Origin: an uncultured delta proteobacterium
Lineage (GTDB): Bacteria; Myxococcota_A; UBA9160; UBA4427
Assembly: GCA_963822965.1 (NCBI GenBank)
Contig: CAWGJT010000008.1
Location: 64,001-128,000, forward strand
Reading direction: 5' to 3'
Length of the DNA stretch: 64,000 nucleotides
A model generated the notes under the pieces. That model was not told where the DNA came from. It searched no databases and was given only the letters and a program-made list of their open reading frames with translations. The translations under genes and the position numbers were made by a program. Shown one piece after another: positions 48,095-58,652 of the stretch. Numbering within the stretch: the stretch's first letter is position 1; each line of letters opens with the position of its first letter.

Positions 48095-51000
48095 GTGGGC
48101 CTGCGTTCCCGGCGATCGTCCGCCGAGGCCCTGGGCATCGCCCCGCAGGCGCTCGCCGGCTGGCTGGACGCATGGGTCCCCTGGCGGTGGTCGACCTGGA
48201 GACCACCGGGCTCTCCGACGATCGCAACGCCGAGATCGTCGAGGTCGGGCGTCGTGCTGCTCGACCCGGGCAGCGAATCGGTCCGCACCGTCGACGGCCT
48301 GCTGCGCCCTTCGCGGCCGGTCCCCCTGGTGGTCCAGCGCCTGACCGGCCTGCGGGACGCGGACCTGGTCGCGCGCGCCGCGCATCGGCGAGGTGGCGCG
48401 CGAGCTCTGCGGGCGTGCTGGCGGGACGCTGCCTGATCGCCCACAACGCGGCCTTCGAGCGTCACTTCCTCTCGACGTTCGTGGACCGCGTCCTCGCCGA
48501 GGCGCGCTACCTGGACACCCAGGACCTGCTCTCGCTCACCCATCCCGACGCGCCGGACCTGCGGCTCGAGTCGTTCACCCGCATGCTGCTCGGCCGGGAG
48601 GAGCGCCACCGCGCCCTCGACGACGCGCTGGACACGGCGCGCGTCATCGCCCGGGTGGGTCTCGGCGCCCTGGCCGGCGAGCGGCGCTACGCGGTGGCCC
48701 GCCGCTGCCTCGAGCGCTTCGCTCCGGGCTCGCCGTGGCTGCCGCTGGTGGCGGAGCGCCGGCGGCTTCGCGCCGGTCGCCGCGGCGCCCGCTCCGGGCG
48801 TCCGCGCGGCGGCTTCGCCCGGCCGCACCCCTTCCTTCTCTCCCGACCGCGATGAGCCCAACCGCGACTCTCCCGACCGCGATGAGCCCAACCGCGACTC
48901 TCCCGACCGCGATGAGCCCAACCGCGACTCTCCCGACCGCGACTCTCCCGACCGCGACTCTCCCGACCGCGATGAGCCCGACCGCGACGAGACCGACGAT
49001 CCCTTCGAGTTCATCGAGATCGGCGAGAGCGCCGAGACGCCCGTGCCCTTCGACGAGGACGCCATCGCCGCGGCACTCGCGGACGTCGAGCGCGGCCGCC
49101 GCCATCTGCCGGGCTATCGCGTCCGGCAGGAGCAGATCGAGCTCGCGCGGCACTTCGTCCGCAACCTGTCCCGGGGCGGCACGCTGCTGCTCGAAGGCGG
49201 GACCGGGGTGGGGAAGTCCTTCGCGTACCTGGCCGCGGCGATCCCCTTCGTGCTCGGACGGTCCGCGCCTGCCGGCGGCGAGTCGGCCGGCGTCCGGCGC
49301 GATCCCCTGGTCGTGTCGACCCGCACGAAGCTCCTGCAGGACCAGCTGCTGCGGAAGGACATCGCGGCCGCCGCGCGCTTCCTGGGCTACCCGCAGCTGC
49401 GCGCCCTCTCGATCAAGGGCCGCGCGAACTACCTGTGCGAGCGGCGGCTCCGGGACGTGCTCGCGGCGGGCGCCGACGCCGGGCTGCTCGCCGAGGACCG
49501 TCTCGCGTGCGCGGTGCTGCTGGCGTGCGCGAGGACGCGGCCCCACGGCGAGGTCGGCACCCTGCCGGGCGCCTTCTTCTTCCGCCAGCCCATGCTGCGG
49601 GACATGCTGCGGCGCTCCGTGGCGGTCCGGTCGGAGCAGTGCTCGCGCGGGACGAGTGCGCGCGCGAGCGCGAGTGTCCCTTCGGTCGCCGGCGCGCCGC
49701 ACTGGCGCGCGCCCACCTCATCGTCGCGAATCACGACCTGCTGCTGCGCTGGCCGCCCGACTACCCGCGCCTGCGCGAACGTCGTCATCGACGAGGGGCA
49801 CGAGCTGGCCGGCGTGGCCGACGAGGTGTACGCGACGACGGTGCGTCCCCAGGATCTGCTCGAGCAGGTCGACGAGCTGTTCCCGACAGCGGGCTCGCGG
49901 CGCGCGGGCCGGCGTGGCCCGGCGCGCGGGGGACCGGCTCGCCGCGATTCCCAGTCCGCCGGCTGGCGCCGGGACCTGCGCCAGGACCTCGCGTCGCTCG
50001 GCCGACTGCTGGCGGACCATGCGGGCGAGTACGGCGAGGTGGAGCTTCCCGTGGCGGCGGGTGAGCTGTTTCCCGGACGCAGCAGAGCTCGCGTGCCGCG
50101 CGGCCGACCGCCTGCTCGAGATCGCCGGCGCCGCGGAGCGTGCGGAGCGCGAACGCGTTCTCGAATCCGCCGACCCCTCAGAGCCTCCCGCATCGCCGCA
50201 GCCGAGCGAGGTCGAACGGACGGCGGGGGAGCTCCGCCAGTCCGCCGCGGCCCTGCGCCTCGCCTTCGAGGACGAGTCCGCCGACGTGGTGGGCAGCTTC
50301 GAGGATCTCGAGCACCCCTACGACCGCTGGACCCTGGCGATCCGCGCCGTCTCGCCTGCGGAGCCCTTCCACGAGGGCTTCCTCTTCCGGCTCGATTCGG
50401 TCGCCGTGCTGTCGGCGAGCCTGTTCGTCGGAGGCGACGCCTTCGCGGCGCTGGGCGAGCTCGAGATCGAGGAGCGGGCACCGGATGGCGTCACCCGGGT
50501 GTCGGTCCAGAGCCCCTTCCCCTACCCGGATCACATGCGGATCGTCGCGCTCGAGGGCGGCTACGACCTGGTCGAGCAGACGGCGGTGGTGCTCGCGGAG
50601 ATCGCGCGTCGCCTCGGCGGTCGGACCCTGGGCCTCTTCACCAGCCTGCGCCGCATGAACCAGGTGGCCCAGCGGCTCTCCCAGCTGCTGCAGGGAGAGG
50701 GCATCGAGATCCTGACCCCGCGCCGGGCCACGGACGATCCGGGCGCGCTGGTGGATCGCTTCGCGCGCGCCCGCGGCGGCGCGGTGCTGCTGGGCGCCCG
50801 GACGTTCTGGCAGGGGCTCGACATCCCCGGTGACGCCCTCCAGGCGGTGGTCATCGAGAAGCTTCCGTTCGACGTTCCCACCGAGCTGCGCCGCCGGCGC
50901 GAGCGCGCATCCGCGGCGAGGGGTTCGACGCCTTCGATCGCTTCACCCTGGGCAAGATGCTGCTCCACCTGAAGCAGATGACGGGTCGCCTGATCCGCAG

Positions 51001-51196
51001 CGAGGACGACCGCGGAATCGTGGTGATCGTGGAGGGGCGTACCCAGCGCCCCTACTTCTCGAAGCTCGACCGGGCCCTGCCCGGCGGCGTCGACGTGCGG
51101 GTGGTGCCGTTCGGCGATTGTGGTGAAAAGCTACCGCTCATCCTGAAGGAGATCGGGCTGGGACGCGGCGAACGCGATCCGGTTGACTCGTTGTGA
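48095..51196 (+). CDS. DEDDh 3'-5' exonuclease fused to a DinG-family helicase, frameshifted
   Basis: VVDLETTG, AHNAAFE, HRALDDA; EGGTGVGKS, KGRANYLC, IVANHDLL, VIDEGH, LGLFTS, FWQGLDIPG, EKLPF, QMTGRLIRSEDDRG. Confidence 0.88.
48839..48997 (+). repeat. 15-bp-unit tandem repeat (about 10 units, 30-bp higher-order period) in the exonuclease-DinG linker
   Basis: Alternating cccgaccgcgatgag / cccaaccgcgactct units encoding SPDRD/EPNRD. Confidence 0.92.
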
Positions 51197-51210
51197 CCGT
51201 TGGTCATACT
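51183..51210 (+). promoter_or_regulatory. Candidate promoter with embedded operator for the fatty-acid cluster
   Basis: TTGACT - 16 nt - CATACT, with the inverted repeat TGACC-GTT-GGTCA at 51194-51206. Confidence 0.5.
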
Positions 51211-51566
51211 TGCCGCTCGCACCCGGCTCGTCCGGGCGCGACGGTTTTACAGTAAATTCGCAAACGACCCCCTGCAGCATCGACTCGCAGACGAATCAAC
51301 GGGTTTCGTCTGCAATGCAAGCCGACCTGGCTTGGGTCGGCCTGCTAGCCTCCCCCCGCGCGCGGCCCGTGGTGGCTCGCGAACATGGCATCTGGCCACG
51401 CGGCCGCCTCTCTCCCTGCGGGGTCGTGAGCCGCTCGAAGGCGAGAGCCTCGAAGGCGCCGGGGCGCCGGGGTGCCGGGGAAAAGGCGACGAGAGGCGAC
51501 AACAGGCGGCGAGGCAAGGCTACGGCAAGGCCACGACGGAAGTGGCTTCGACGGGAGGAGCAGCCA

Positions 51567-52515
51567 GTGGCGCGTGATTTCCCCAACGACAGCTGGGCGC
51601 TGATCCTCGGCGGCTCGAGCGGCTTCGGGCTGGCGACGGCCCAGAAGCTCGCCGAGAACGGCATGAACCTGCTGATCGTCCACCGCGATCGGCGCGGCGC
51701 CATGAGGAACATCGAGCCGGAGTTCGAGAAGCTGCGCGGGCTCGGACCGAGGCTCGAGACCTGGAACACCGACGCCATCAGCCCCGAGAAGCGGGACGAG
51801 GTGCTCGAAGAGATCGCCGGGCGTTCGGGGACCGCCGGACGCGTCCGCGTGCTCCTCCATTCGATCGCGTTCGGCAACCTGAAGCTGATCGCTCCCGAGA
51901 AGACGGCGCCACGCACCGCCAGCACCAGCCTCGCCGAACGCCTCGGCGTCGATCCGCGAGGCCGTCGCCGGCGCCGCCGACGCGCTGTTCGCCGAAGGCG
52001 AGGACGGCATGCACACCGCTCACCCATGCGCCCGAGTACCCGGATCGCTTCCTCGACGAGGAGGACTTCGCCCGCACCATCCTCAGCATGGGGACGAGCC
52101 TGCTCGGCTGGACCCAGGGCCTCTTCCAGCGCGGCCTGTTCGCCGACGACGCGCGGATCTTCGGGCTCACCAGCGAAGGCAACGAGGTGGCCTGGAAGGG
52201 CTACGCGGCGGTCTCCGCCGCCAAGGTGGCGCTCGAAGCGCTCAGCCGCTCGATCGCCATCGAGTTCGCCCCCTACGGCATCCGCTGCAACGTGATCCAG
52301 GCCGGCGTGACCGAGACGCCCGCCCTGGCGGCCATCCCCGGCAGCGACCAGCTGAAGGCCCAGGCGCGCCTGCGAAATCCCGTGCGGTCGGCTCACGACG
52401 CCCGCGGACGTGGCCAACGTGATCTACCTGCTGTCGCTCCCGCGAGGCCGCCTGGATCAACGGCGAGGTGATCCGCGTGGACGGCGGCGAGCACATCTCG
52501 GGGGCCACCCGATGA
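51567..52515 (+). CDS. SDR enoyl-ACP reductase (FabI/FabL-like), frameshifted
   Basis: WALILGGSSGFG, LHSIAFG, LTSEG, YAAVSAAK (Y-x6-K), IRCNVIQAGVTETPAL; RBS GGAGGAG. Confidence 0.85.
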
Positions 52516-53552
52516 GCCGAGGCACGCCTTCCCCACCTGCAGCTCCACGCGCCTGGGTCACGCCCACCCGGACAACGAGATCGACAACAAGTTCCTCGAG
52601 TCCCTCGACATCGGCACCTCCGACGAGTGGATCATGGAGCGGGTGGGCATCCGCTCGCGGCGCACGGCGATGTCCGCTCGACTACATCCGCGAGACGCGC
52701 AACGCGGATCCGCGCGGCGCGATGGAGGCCGTCGTACATCTCCAACGCGCAGCTCGGTGCGCAAGGCCGCCCGCATGGCGGTCGAGCGGGCGGGCATCGC
52801 CCTCGAGGACGTCGGCATGGTGGTCGGGCGGCGGCTGCGCGCCCGACACGGTCTCGCCCGCCGAGGCCTGCAACATCTCGAAGGAGCTCGGCATCGACGT
52901 GCCGTCCTTCGACGTGAACTCCGCCTGCACGAGCTTCTTCGCGGGCATGAACGTGCTTTCGATGATCCGGCCCGAGAAGCTCCCGCCCTACGTGCTGCTG
53001 ATCGCGGCCGACGTCATGACGCGCACCGTCGAACTACAACGACCGCTCGTCGGCGGTGCTGTGGGGCGACGGGGCCGTGGCGGCGGTGGTCTCCACGCGG
53101 GAGCCCGGCCGCCGCCGAGGTGATCGACTGCTTGTTCGCGGGCAATCCCCTGGCCGCCGACCTGATCGTGGTGCCGCGCCTCGGGCACTTCTACCAGGAG
53201 GGTCGCAAGGTGCAGATGTTCGCGATCAAGAAGACGACGACCTTCGTGAAGGAGCTGCAGGAGAAGTACGAGGAGCCCGGCCGCGCCTTCCACTTCATCG
53301 GTCACCAGGCCAACCTGCGCATGCTCGAGACCGTCTGCCGCCGCTGCGAGATCCCCGACGATCGCCACCACTTCAACGTCGACTGGTACGGCAACAGCGG
53401 CTCGTCGAGCTCGGCGGCGGTCGCCTCGATGATCTGGGAGAAGTGGGGCGCAGGCGACGACATCGCGCATGGTGGGCGTCGGCTCGGGCGTCGCCTGGTC
53501 GCGCTACCTGCTCCGCTTCACCGGAGATCCCGCGAAGGGAGCTTCCGCGTGA
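52512..53552 (+). CDS. fabH: 3-oxoacyl-ACP synthase III (FabH-like), frameshifted
   Basis: TSDEWIMERVGIRSR, DVNSACTSF (Cys), LWGDGA, GHQAN (His), YGNSG (Asn). Confidence 0.85.
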
Positions 53553-54154
53553 AGCGCAAGCTCAGCTACGAGCAGTTCCTCGGTCGCGGGCACTTCGACA
53601 AGGCGGAGCTGCTGGCGTTCGCGTACGGCACCCTCGTCGAAGACGCGCCCGAGGCACTTCGTGGCGCGGCTCCCGACACCGCCCATGCTGATGGTCGATC
53701 GGGTGCTGGAGATCACCGCGCGACAAGAGCCGCGGTCGCATCGTCGCCGAGCGCGACGTGCAACCTCGACGACTGGTTCTTCCAGTGCCACTTCGTGAGC
53801 GACCCGGTGCAGCCGGGCTGTCTCGGCCTCGACGGGGTGTGGCAGCTCCTCGGCTTCTACTGCAACTGGCGCGGCGGTCTCGGCACCGGTCGCGCGCTCG
53901 GCTGCGGCGAGGTGGACTTCTTCGGACAGATCCGTCCGCACGACACGGTGGTGCGCTACGAGATCGACGTGCGCCGCTACACGGAGATCAAGAACGCGGG
54001 TGCCTGCATGGTGATCGGCGACGCGCGGGTTCTCGTGGACGGCGAGGAGATCTACAAGATCGCGGGGGGTCGAGTCGGTCTGTTCCGCGACATCGGCTAT
54101 CCCGACTACCCCGTGGAATCGGGGAACTCCCACGGCGGCAGGATGGAACGATGA
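53549..54154 (+). CDS. fabA: 3-hydroxyacyl-ACP dehydratase/isomerase FabA-like, frameshifted
   Basis: LPTPPMLMVDRV, WFFQCHFVSDPVQPGCLGLDGVWQLLGFY (His plus Asp), GRALGCGEVDFFGQI. Confidence 0.88.
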   Translation: MKRKLSYEQFLGRGHFDKAELLAFAYGTLVEDAPEALRGAAPDTAHADGRSGAGDHRATRAAVASSPSATCNLDDWFFQCHFVSDPVQPGCLGLDGVWQLLGFYCNWRGGLGTGRALGCGEVDFFGQIRPHDTVVRYEIDVRRYTEIKNAGACMVIGDARVLVDGEEIYKIAGGRVGLFRDIGYPDYPVESGNSHGGRMER

Positions 54155-54885
54155 GCGAATCGCCGAACGTGGCCCTGGTGACCGGCGGAGGCACCGGGAT
54201 CGGTGCGGCGTGCTGCCGCGCCCTCGCCGACGAAGGCTTCCGGGTGGGCGTCCACTACCGCTCCAGCGAGGAGAAGGCGCTGAAGCTCGTGGCCGAGCTG
54301 CCGGGCAGCTTCGCGATCCGGGGCGACCTGGCGAAGCCCGAAGAGGTGGACGCCCTCGTCAAGCAGCTGAAGGACGAGGCCGACGGCCGGGTGGACGTGC
54401 TCGTCAACAACGCGGGCTACAACGTCAACGCGCCCATGCTCACGATGAAGCTCGACGACTACGACGCCGTGGCGAACCTGGCGCGCGGCACGTGGTATCT
54501 GACGAAGATGATCGTGCGGCGCTTCATGTTCCGGAAGGGAAGCGGCCGCATCATCAACATCTCGAGCGTGGTCGGGCACACCGGCAATCCCGGCCAGATC
54601 CCCTACACCATGGCGAAGGCCGGGCTCGACGCCTTCACCAAGTCGCTCGCCCAGGAGCTGGCCGGCAAGGAGATCCTCGTGAACTCGGTGTCGCCGGGCT
54701 TCATCGACACCGAGATGACCGAGGAGCTGCCCGACGAGGTGAAGGCCGCGATCCTGTCGCGCATCCCCCAGGGCCGCATGGGAACGGCGGCCGAGGTCGC
54801 CGACGTGGTGGCCTTCCTGGCGACACGGGGGCACTACGTGAACGGCAGCGTCGTCCACGTGAACGGAGGCATGTACGGTGGCTAG
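54151..54885 (+). CDS. fabG: 3-oxoacyl-ACP reductase
   Basis: TGGGTGIG, LVNNAG, GRIINISSVVG, GQIPYTMAKAG, PGFIDTEMT, VNGGMY. Confidence 0.9.
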   Translation: MSESPNVALVTGGGTGIGAACCRALADEGFRVGVHYRSSEEKALKLVAELPGSFAIRGDLAKPEEVDALVKQLKDEADGRVDVLVNNAGYNVNAPMLTMKLDDYDAVANLARGTWYLTKMIVRRFMFRKGSGRIINISSVVGHTGNPGQIPYTMAKAGLDAFTKSLAQELAGKEILVNSVSPGFIDTEMTEELPDEVKAAILSRIPQGRMGTAAEVADVVAFLATRGHYVNGSVVHVNGGMYGG

Positions 54886-55339
54886 CGCGTCCATGTCACC
54901 CGACGAGGTGCTCGCGCGGATTCCGCAGCAGGAGCCCTTCCGCTTCATCGACGAGATCCACGAGCTCGACAACGAGCACATCGTGGCGAGCTACCGCTAT
55001 CCCGAGAGCTCGGACTTCTACCGCGGCCACTTCCCGGGCAATCCGATCACGCCCGGCGTCATCCTGATCGAGACGATGGCCCAGGCGGGGGTGGTGGCCC
55101 TGGGGCTCTATCTGTGCGCCCTGGAACGCTCGCCCGAAGAGCTCGAGAAGATCGTCACCGTCTTCACCGACGCGAACGTCGAGTTCTCGGGCACGGTGCC
55201 GCCGGGTGCCCGCGTGACGACGGTGGGCCGCAAGGTCTTCTTCCGGCGGCGCAAGCTGCGCTCGTCGGTGGAGATGAGGCTCGACGACGGCACGCTCGTC
55301 TGTTCGGGCGTGCTCTCGGGCATGGGAGTACCTGCATGA
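54878..55339 (+). CDS. fabZ: FabZ-like 3-hydroxyacyl-ACP dehydratase
   Basis: IPQQEPFRFIDEI, FYRGHFPGNPITPGVILIETMAQ (His plus Glu). Confidence 0.88.
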   Translation: MASASMSPDEVLARIPQQEPFRFIDEIHELDNEHIVASYRYPESSDFYRGHFPGNPITPGVILIETMAQAGVVALGLYLCALERSPEELEKIVTVFTDANVEFSGTVPPGARVTTVGRKVFFRRRKLRSSVEMRLDDGTLVCSGVLSGMGVPA

Positions 55340-56615
55340 CTCGACGGGTCGTGGTCACCGGGCTGGGCGTCATCGCCCCGAACGGCAACGGCGTGCGCGA
55401 CTTCGAGCTGGCGCTCCGAAAGGGGCAGTCGGGCATCCGCTACCAGGAGGTCATGGAGCAGGCGAGCTTCGCCTGCCGGGTGGCGGGCGTGCCCCAGGGC
55501 GTCGACGAGCTGGCGGAGGCCGCCTTCCCCGCAGACCTGCTGATGGCCATGAACATGAGCCATCGCTACGCGTCCCTCGCCGCCCTCGAGGCCTGGCAGG
55601 ACGCGGGCTTCGAGATGCCGAGCCCCGAGGACGACCGGGTCGACTGGGATACGGGCGCCGTCGTCGGAACCGGGATCGGCGGCATGGACACGACGGCCGC
55701 CAAGGTCGTGCCGCTCACCGACGCCGGAAAGCTCCGGCGCCTGGGGTCGACGGCGGTCGAGCAGGTGATGGCGAGCGGCGTCTCGGCGCGCGTCTCGGGC
55801 CTGTTCGCCCTCGGCAACCAGGTGACCACCAACTCGAGCGCCTGCAGCACCGGCGCCGAGGCCATCGCCATGGGCTACGAGCGCATCCGCCACGGGCTGG
55901 CGGAGCGCATGCTGTGCGGCGGCGCGGAGGCGGCCAGCCACTACATCTGGGCCGGCTTCGACGCCATGCGCGTGCTGTGCCGCAGCTTCAACGACGAGCC
56001 CGAGAAGGCCTCGCGCCCGCTGTCGGCCACGGCCGGGGGCTTCGTGCCCGGCGCCGGCGCGGGCATCCTGCTGCTCGAGACCCTCGAGAGCGCCGAGGCC
56101 CGGGGCGCCGAGATCTACGCCGAGGTGCTCGGGGTGGGCCTCAACTGCGGCGGCCATCGGGGCGGCGGCAGCATGACGGCGCCCAATCCCGAGAGCGTGC
56201 GCCGCTGCATCGGCCTGGCGCTGGCCGCCGCGGGCCTCGACCCGAGCGAGGTGGACGCCATCAACGGCCACCTGACCGCCACCGGCGCCGACCCCTCGGA
56301 GGTGGCCTCCTGGGCCCGGGCGCTCGACCGCGAGCCCGGCCGACATGCCGACCATCACGGCCACCAAGGGGATGGTGGGCCATACCCTCGGGGCGGCCGG
56401 CGCGGTGGAGTCGGTGGCGACGATCCTGATGCTTCGGGGGGGCTTCCTGCACCCCTGCGTCAACTGCGAGGACGTGCACCCGGAGATCGAGCCCTACGCG
56501 GGCTCGATCCCGCACACGCGTGCAGGAGGTGCCGGACCTGAAGGTCATGCTCAAGGCGGGATTCGGCTTCGGCGACGTGAACGCCTGCCTGGCCTTCCGC
56601 AAGTGGGAGGGTTGA
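55336..56615 (+). CDS. Beta-ketoacyl-ACP synthase (FabF/FabB family), frameshifted near the 3' end
   Basis: RRVVVTGLGVIAPNG, NSSACSTG (Cys), AINGHLTAT (His), KGMVGHTLGAAG (His), C-terminal GFGFGDVNA. Confidence 0.9.
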
Positions 56616-56856
56616 CCGCGCCCTCCTGCCCCGGCGATGCGACCCGATGACGCCCGGCAATGGCGCCGCGGGGGACGCCCCGAGACCTGCTCCTCGCGTC
56701 GGGCTAGCATCGGCGGGCGAGAGCGCCGCGCCACGGGGGCGCGGACGAGCGACGCGAGCGGACCGGGCGCCCGGAGCCGGGGGGGTGGCGCCGGACGCGG
56801 CGGTCACGACACCGCAGAACGATCCGGCCCGGTAGACGGACGAAGGGAGAAGCAAG

Positions 56857-57105
56857 ATGGAGCAGCGCGAGGTTTTCGAGCGCGTCGTGAAGATTCTCAC
56901 CCCGTGGGTGAAGGACGACGAGGCGCTGAAGTCCGTATCGATGGAGACGAGCATCCTCGACGATCTCAAGGTCAACTCGGCCCGGCTGGTGGACGTCGTG
57001 ATCGCCTTCGAGGACGACTTCGACATCGAGATCGCCGACGACGACGTCGACTCGGTGAATACCGTCGGGGATGCGGTCAACCTCATCCTCGAGAAGCTCG
57101 GATAG
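56857..57105 (+). CDS. Acyl carrier protein (NS-type phosphopantetheine site)
   Basis: 82 aa, acidic; DDLKVNSARLVDVVIAFEDDFDIEI...TVGDAV. Confidence 0.92.
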   Translation: MEQREVFERVVKILTPWVKDDEALKSVSMETSILDDLKVNSARLVDVVIAFEDDFDIEIADDDVDSVNTVGDAVNLILEKLG

Positions 57106-57107
57106 CC

Positions 57108-57188
57108 GGCTTCGGTCTCCTTGCTCGGACAGGCTTCGGTCTCCTTGCTCGCGCAGGCTTCGGTCTCGTTGCACGGACGAGCTTCGGC
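57108..57188. repeat. 24-bp tandem repeat, about 3.5 copies, directly after the ACP stop
   Basis: ggcttcggtctccttgctcggaca / ...gcgca / ggcttcggtctcgttgcacggacg. Confidence 0.88.
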
Positions 57189-57268
57189 CGCCCTGCAGAG
57201 GCGCGCTGCGGCCGTCGCGCCGACGCTGCGGTGCTGGCCCGGGCCTTGAGAGCCTGAGGGGTTCGCGG

Positions 57269-58021
57269 ATGGATGGACCTCGGCGATTGCCCGTGTCGCA
57301 CGTCGTGCAGCGAGAGGTCGGTCGGCTGCTGGCGCCGTTCTGGGCGCCGCTGGTGGCGCTCGTGATGCGCTTCGGCATGGGCTACCGGATCGCCGACGTC
57401 CAGCGGACCCGGGAGCGCTTCGCGCACATCCGCCGCGAGTCCCGGGCTTCGAAGACGCCGCTGCTCGTCTGCGCCAACCACCTCACGATGATCGACTCGT
57501 TCCTGGTGGCGTGGGCGCTGGCGAACACCTGGCACTACGCGATGCACTACGACGACCTCCCCTGGAACGTGCCCGAGCGGAAGAACTTCGCGTCGAACTG
57601 GTGGGAGAGCTTCTCGGCCTGGGTCATGAAGTGCATCCCCATCACCCGGGGCGGCCCGCGGGCCGAGGTGGCCGCGGTGCTCGACCGCATCACCAGCCTC
57701 ACGGCGCGGGGCGAGCTGGCGCTGATCTTTCCCGAAGGCGGCCGCAGCCGCACCGGCCGAGTCGAGGTCGACCAGGCGGCCTGGGGGGTGGGGCGGATCG
57801 TCGGCGCCCTGCCGGGCTGCCGCGTCCTGTGCGTGTATCTGCGGGGACGCAAGCAGGACACCTGGAGCCGGGTGCCGGCCCGGGGCGACGTGCTCGACGT
57901 GGAGATCGAGTGCATCGAGCCGAAGTCCGATGCGCGCGGGGTGCGTCGCTCGCGCGACTTCTCCCGCCAGATCGTGGCGCAGCTCGCGAGCATGGAGAGG
58001 AAGCACTTCCATGGTCGGTAA
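57269..58021 (+). CDS. PlsC-like lysophospholipid acyltransferase
   Basis: ANHLTMID (HX4D), PITRGG, IFPEGGRS. Confidence 0.9.
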   Translation: MDGPRRLPVSHVVQREVGRLLAPFWAPLVALVMRFGMGYRIADVQRTRERFAHIRRESRASKTPLLVCANHLTMIDSFLVAWALANTWHYAMHYDDLPWNVPERKNFASNWWESFSAWVMKCIPITRGGPRAEVAAVLDRITSLTARGELALIFPEGGRSRTGRVEVDQAAWGVGRIVGALPGCRVLCVYLRGRKQDTWSRVPARGDVLDVEIECIEPKSDARGVRRSRDFSRQIVAQLASMERKHFHGR

Positions 58022-58652
58022 CGACGTCGTCGATCTGCGAGACCCCGATTCGGCGCCCCGGTCGAGCTCCGACCGCTTCGACGCGCGCGTGTTCTGCGAG
58101 GAGGAGCTGGACGCTCTCGCCGCCAGCGCCTGCCGCGCCCGGCTCCGCTGGCGGCTGTGGGCGGCGAAGGAGGCGGCCTACAAGGTGTGCGTCAAGCTCG
58201 ATCCGACGATCGTCTTCTCGCCGTCGCACTTCCGGGTCCGTCTCCCGGAGGGCGCCGGCGCGGGCAGCGTCGAGACCCCGAACGGCGGGCTCCCGCTTCT
58301 CGTGCGGGAGGGAGACGGGTGGCTGCACGCCGTTGCGACGGCCGCGCCCCCCGGCGAGGTCGTCTTCGACGTCGAGCGGCTCCCGGCGGGCGGTGGTGCG
58401 GACGATCCGAGCGCGTCCGTGCGACGCCTCGCGCGGCGCGTCCTGGCGCGCGGGCTGGGCGTCGCCCCGGAGGTGCTCGAGATCCGCAAGCGGGGCCGGC
58501 TGCCCGTGCTCTGGCGGTCCGGCGCGCCGGCTCCGGGCGATCTGTCGCTCTCGCACCACGGCGGCGTGGTCGCCTTCGCGTACGAGCCGTCCCTTCGCCG
58601 CGCTGTGCCCGTCCGATGCGCGCAGGCCCTCGCGTCGGGGAGCCCCGGGTGA
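58011..58652 (+). CDS. 4'-phosphopantetheinyl transferase
   Basis: MVGNDVVD, RVFCEEE, WAAKEAAYK, LSLSHHG. Confidence 0.9.
   Translation: MVGNDVVDLRDPDSAPRSSSDRFDARVFCEEELDALAASACRARLRWRLWAAKEAAYKVCVKLDPTIVFSPSHFRVRLPEGAGAGSVETPNGGLPLLVREGDGWLHAVATAAPPGEVVFDVERLPAGGGADDPSASVRRLARRVLARGLGVAPEVLEIRKRGRLPVLWRSGAPAPGDLSLSHHGGVVAFAYEPSLRRAVPVRCAQALASGSPG

Noticed and set aside
56647..56835. Small ORF between the KS and ACP
   Set aside because: A/G/R/P-rich with no RBS or motif; more likely promoter-containing intergenic DNA.
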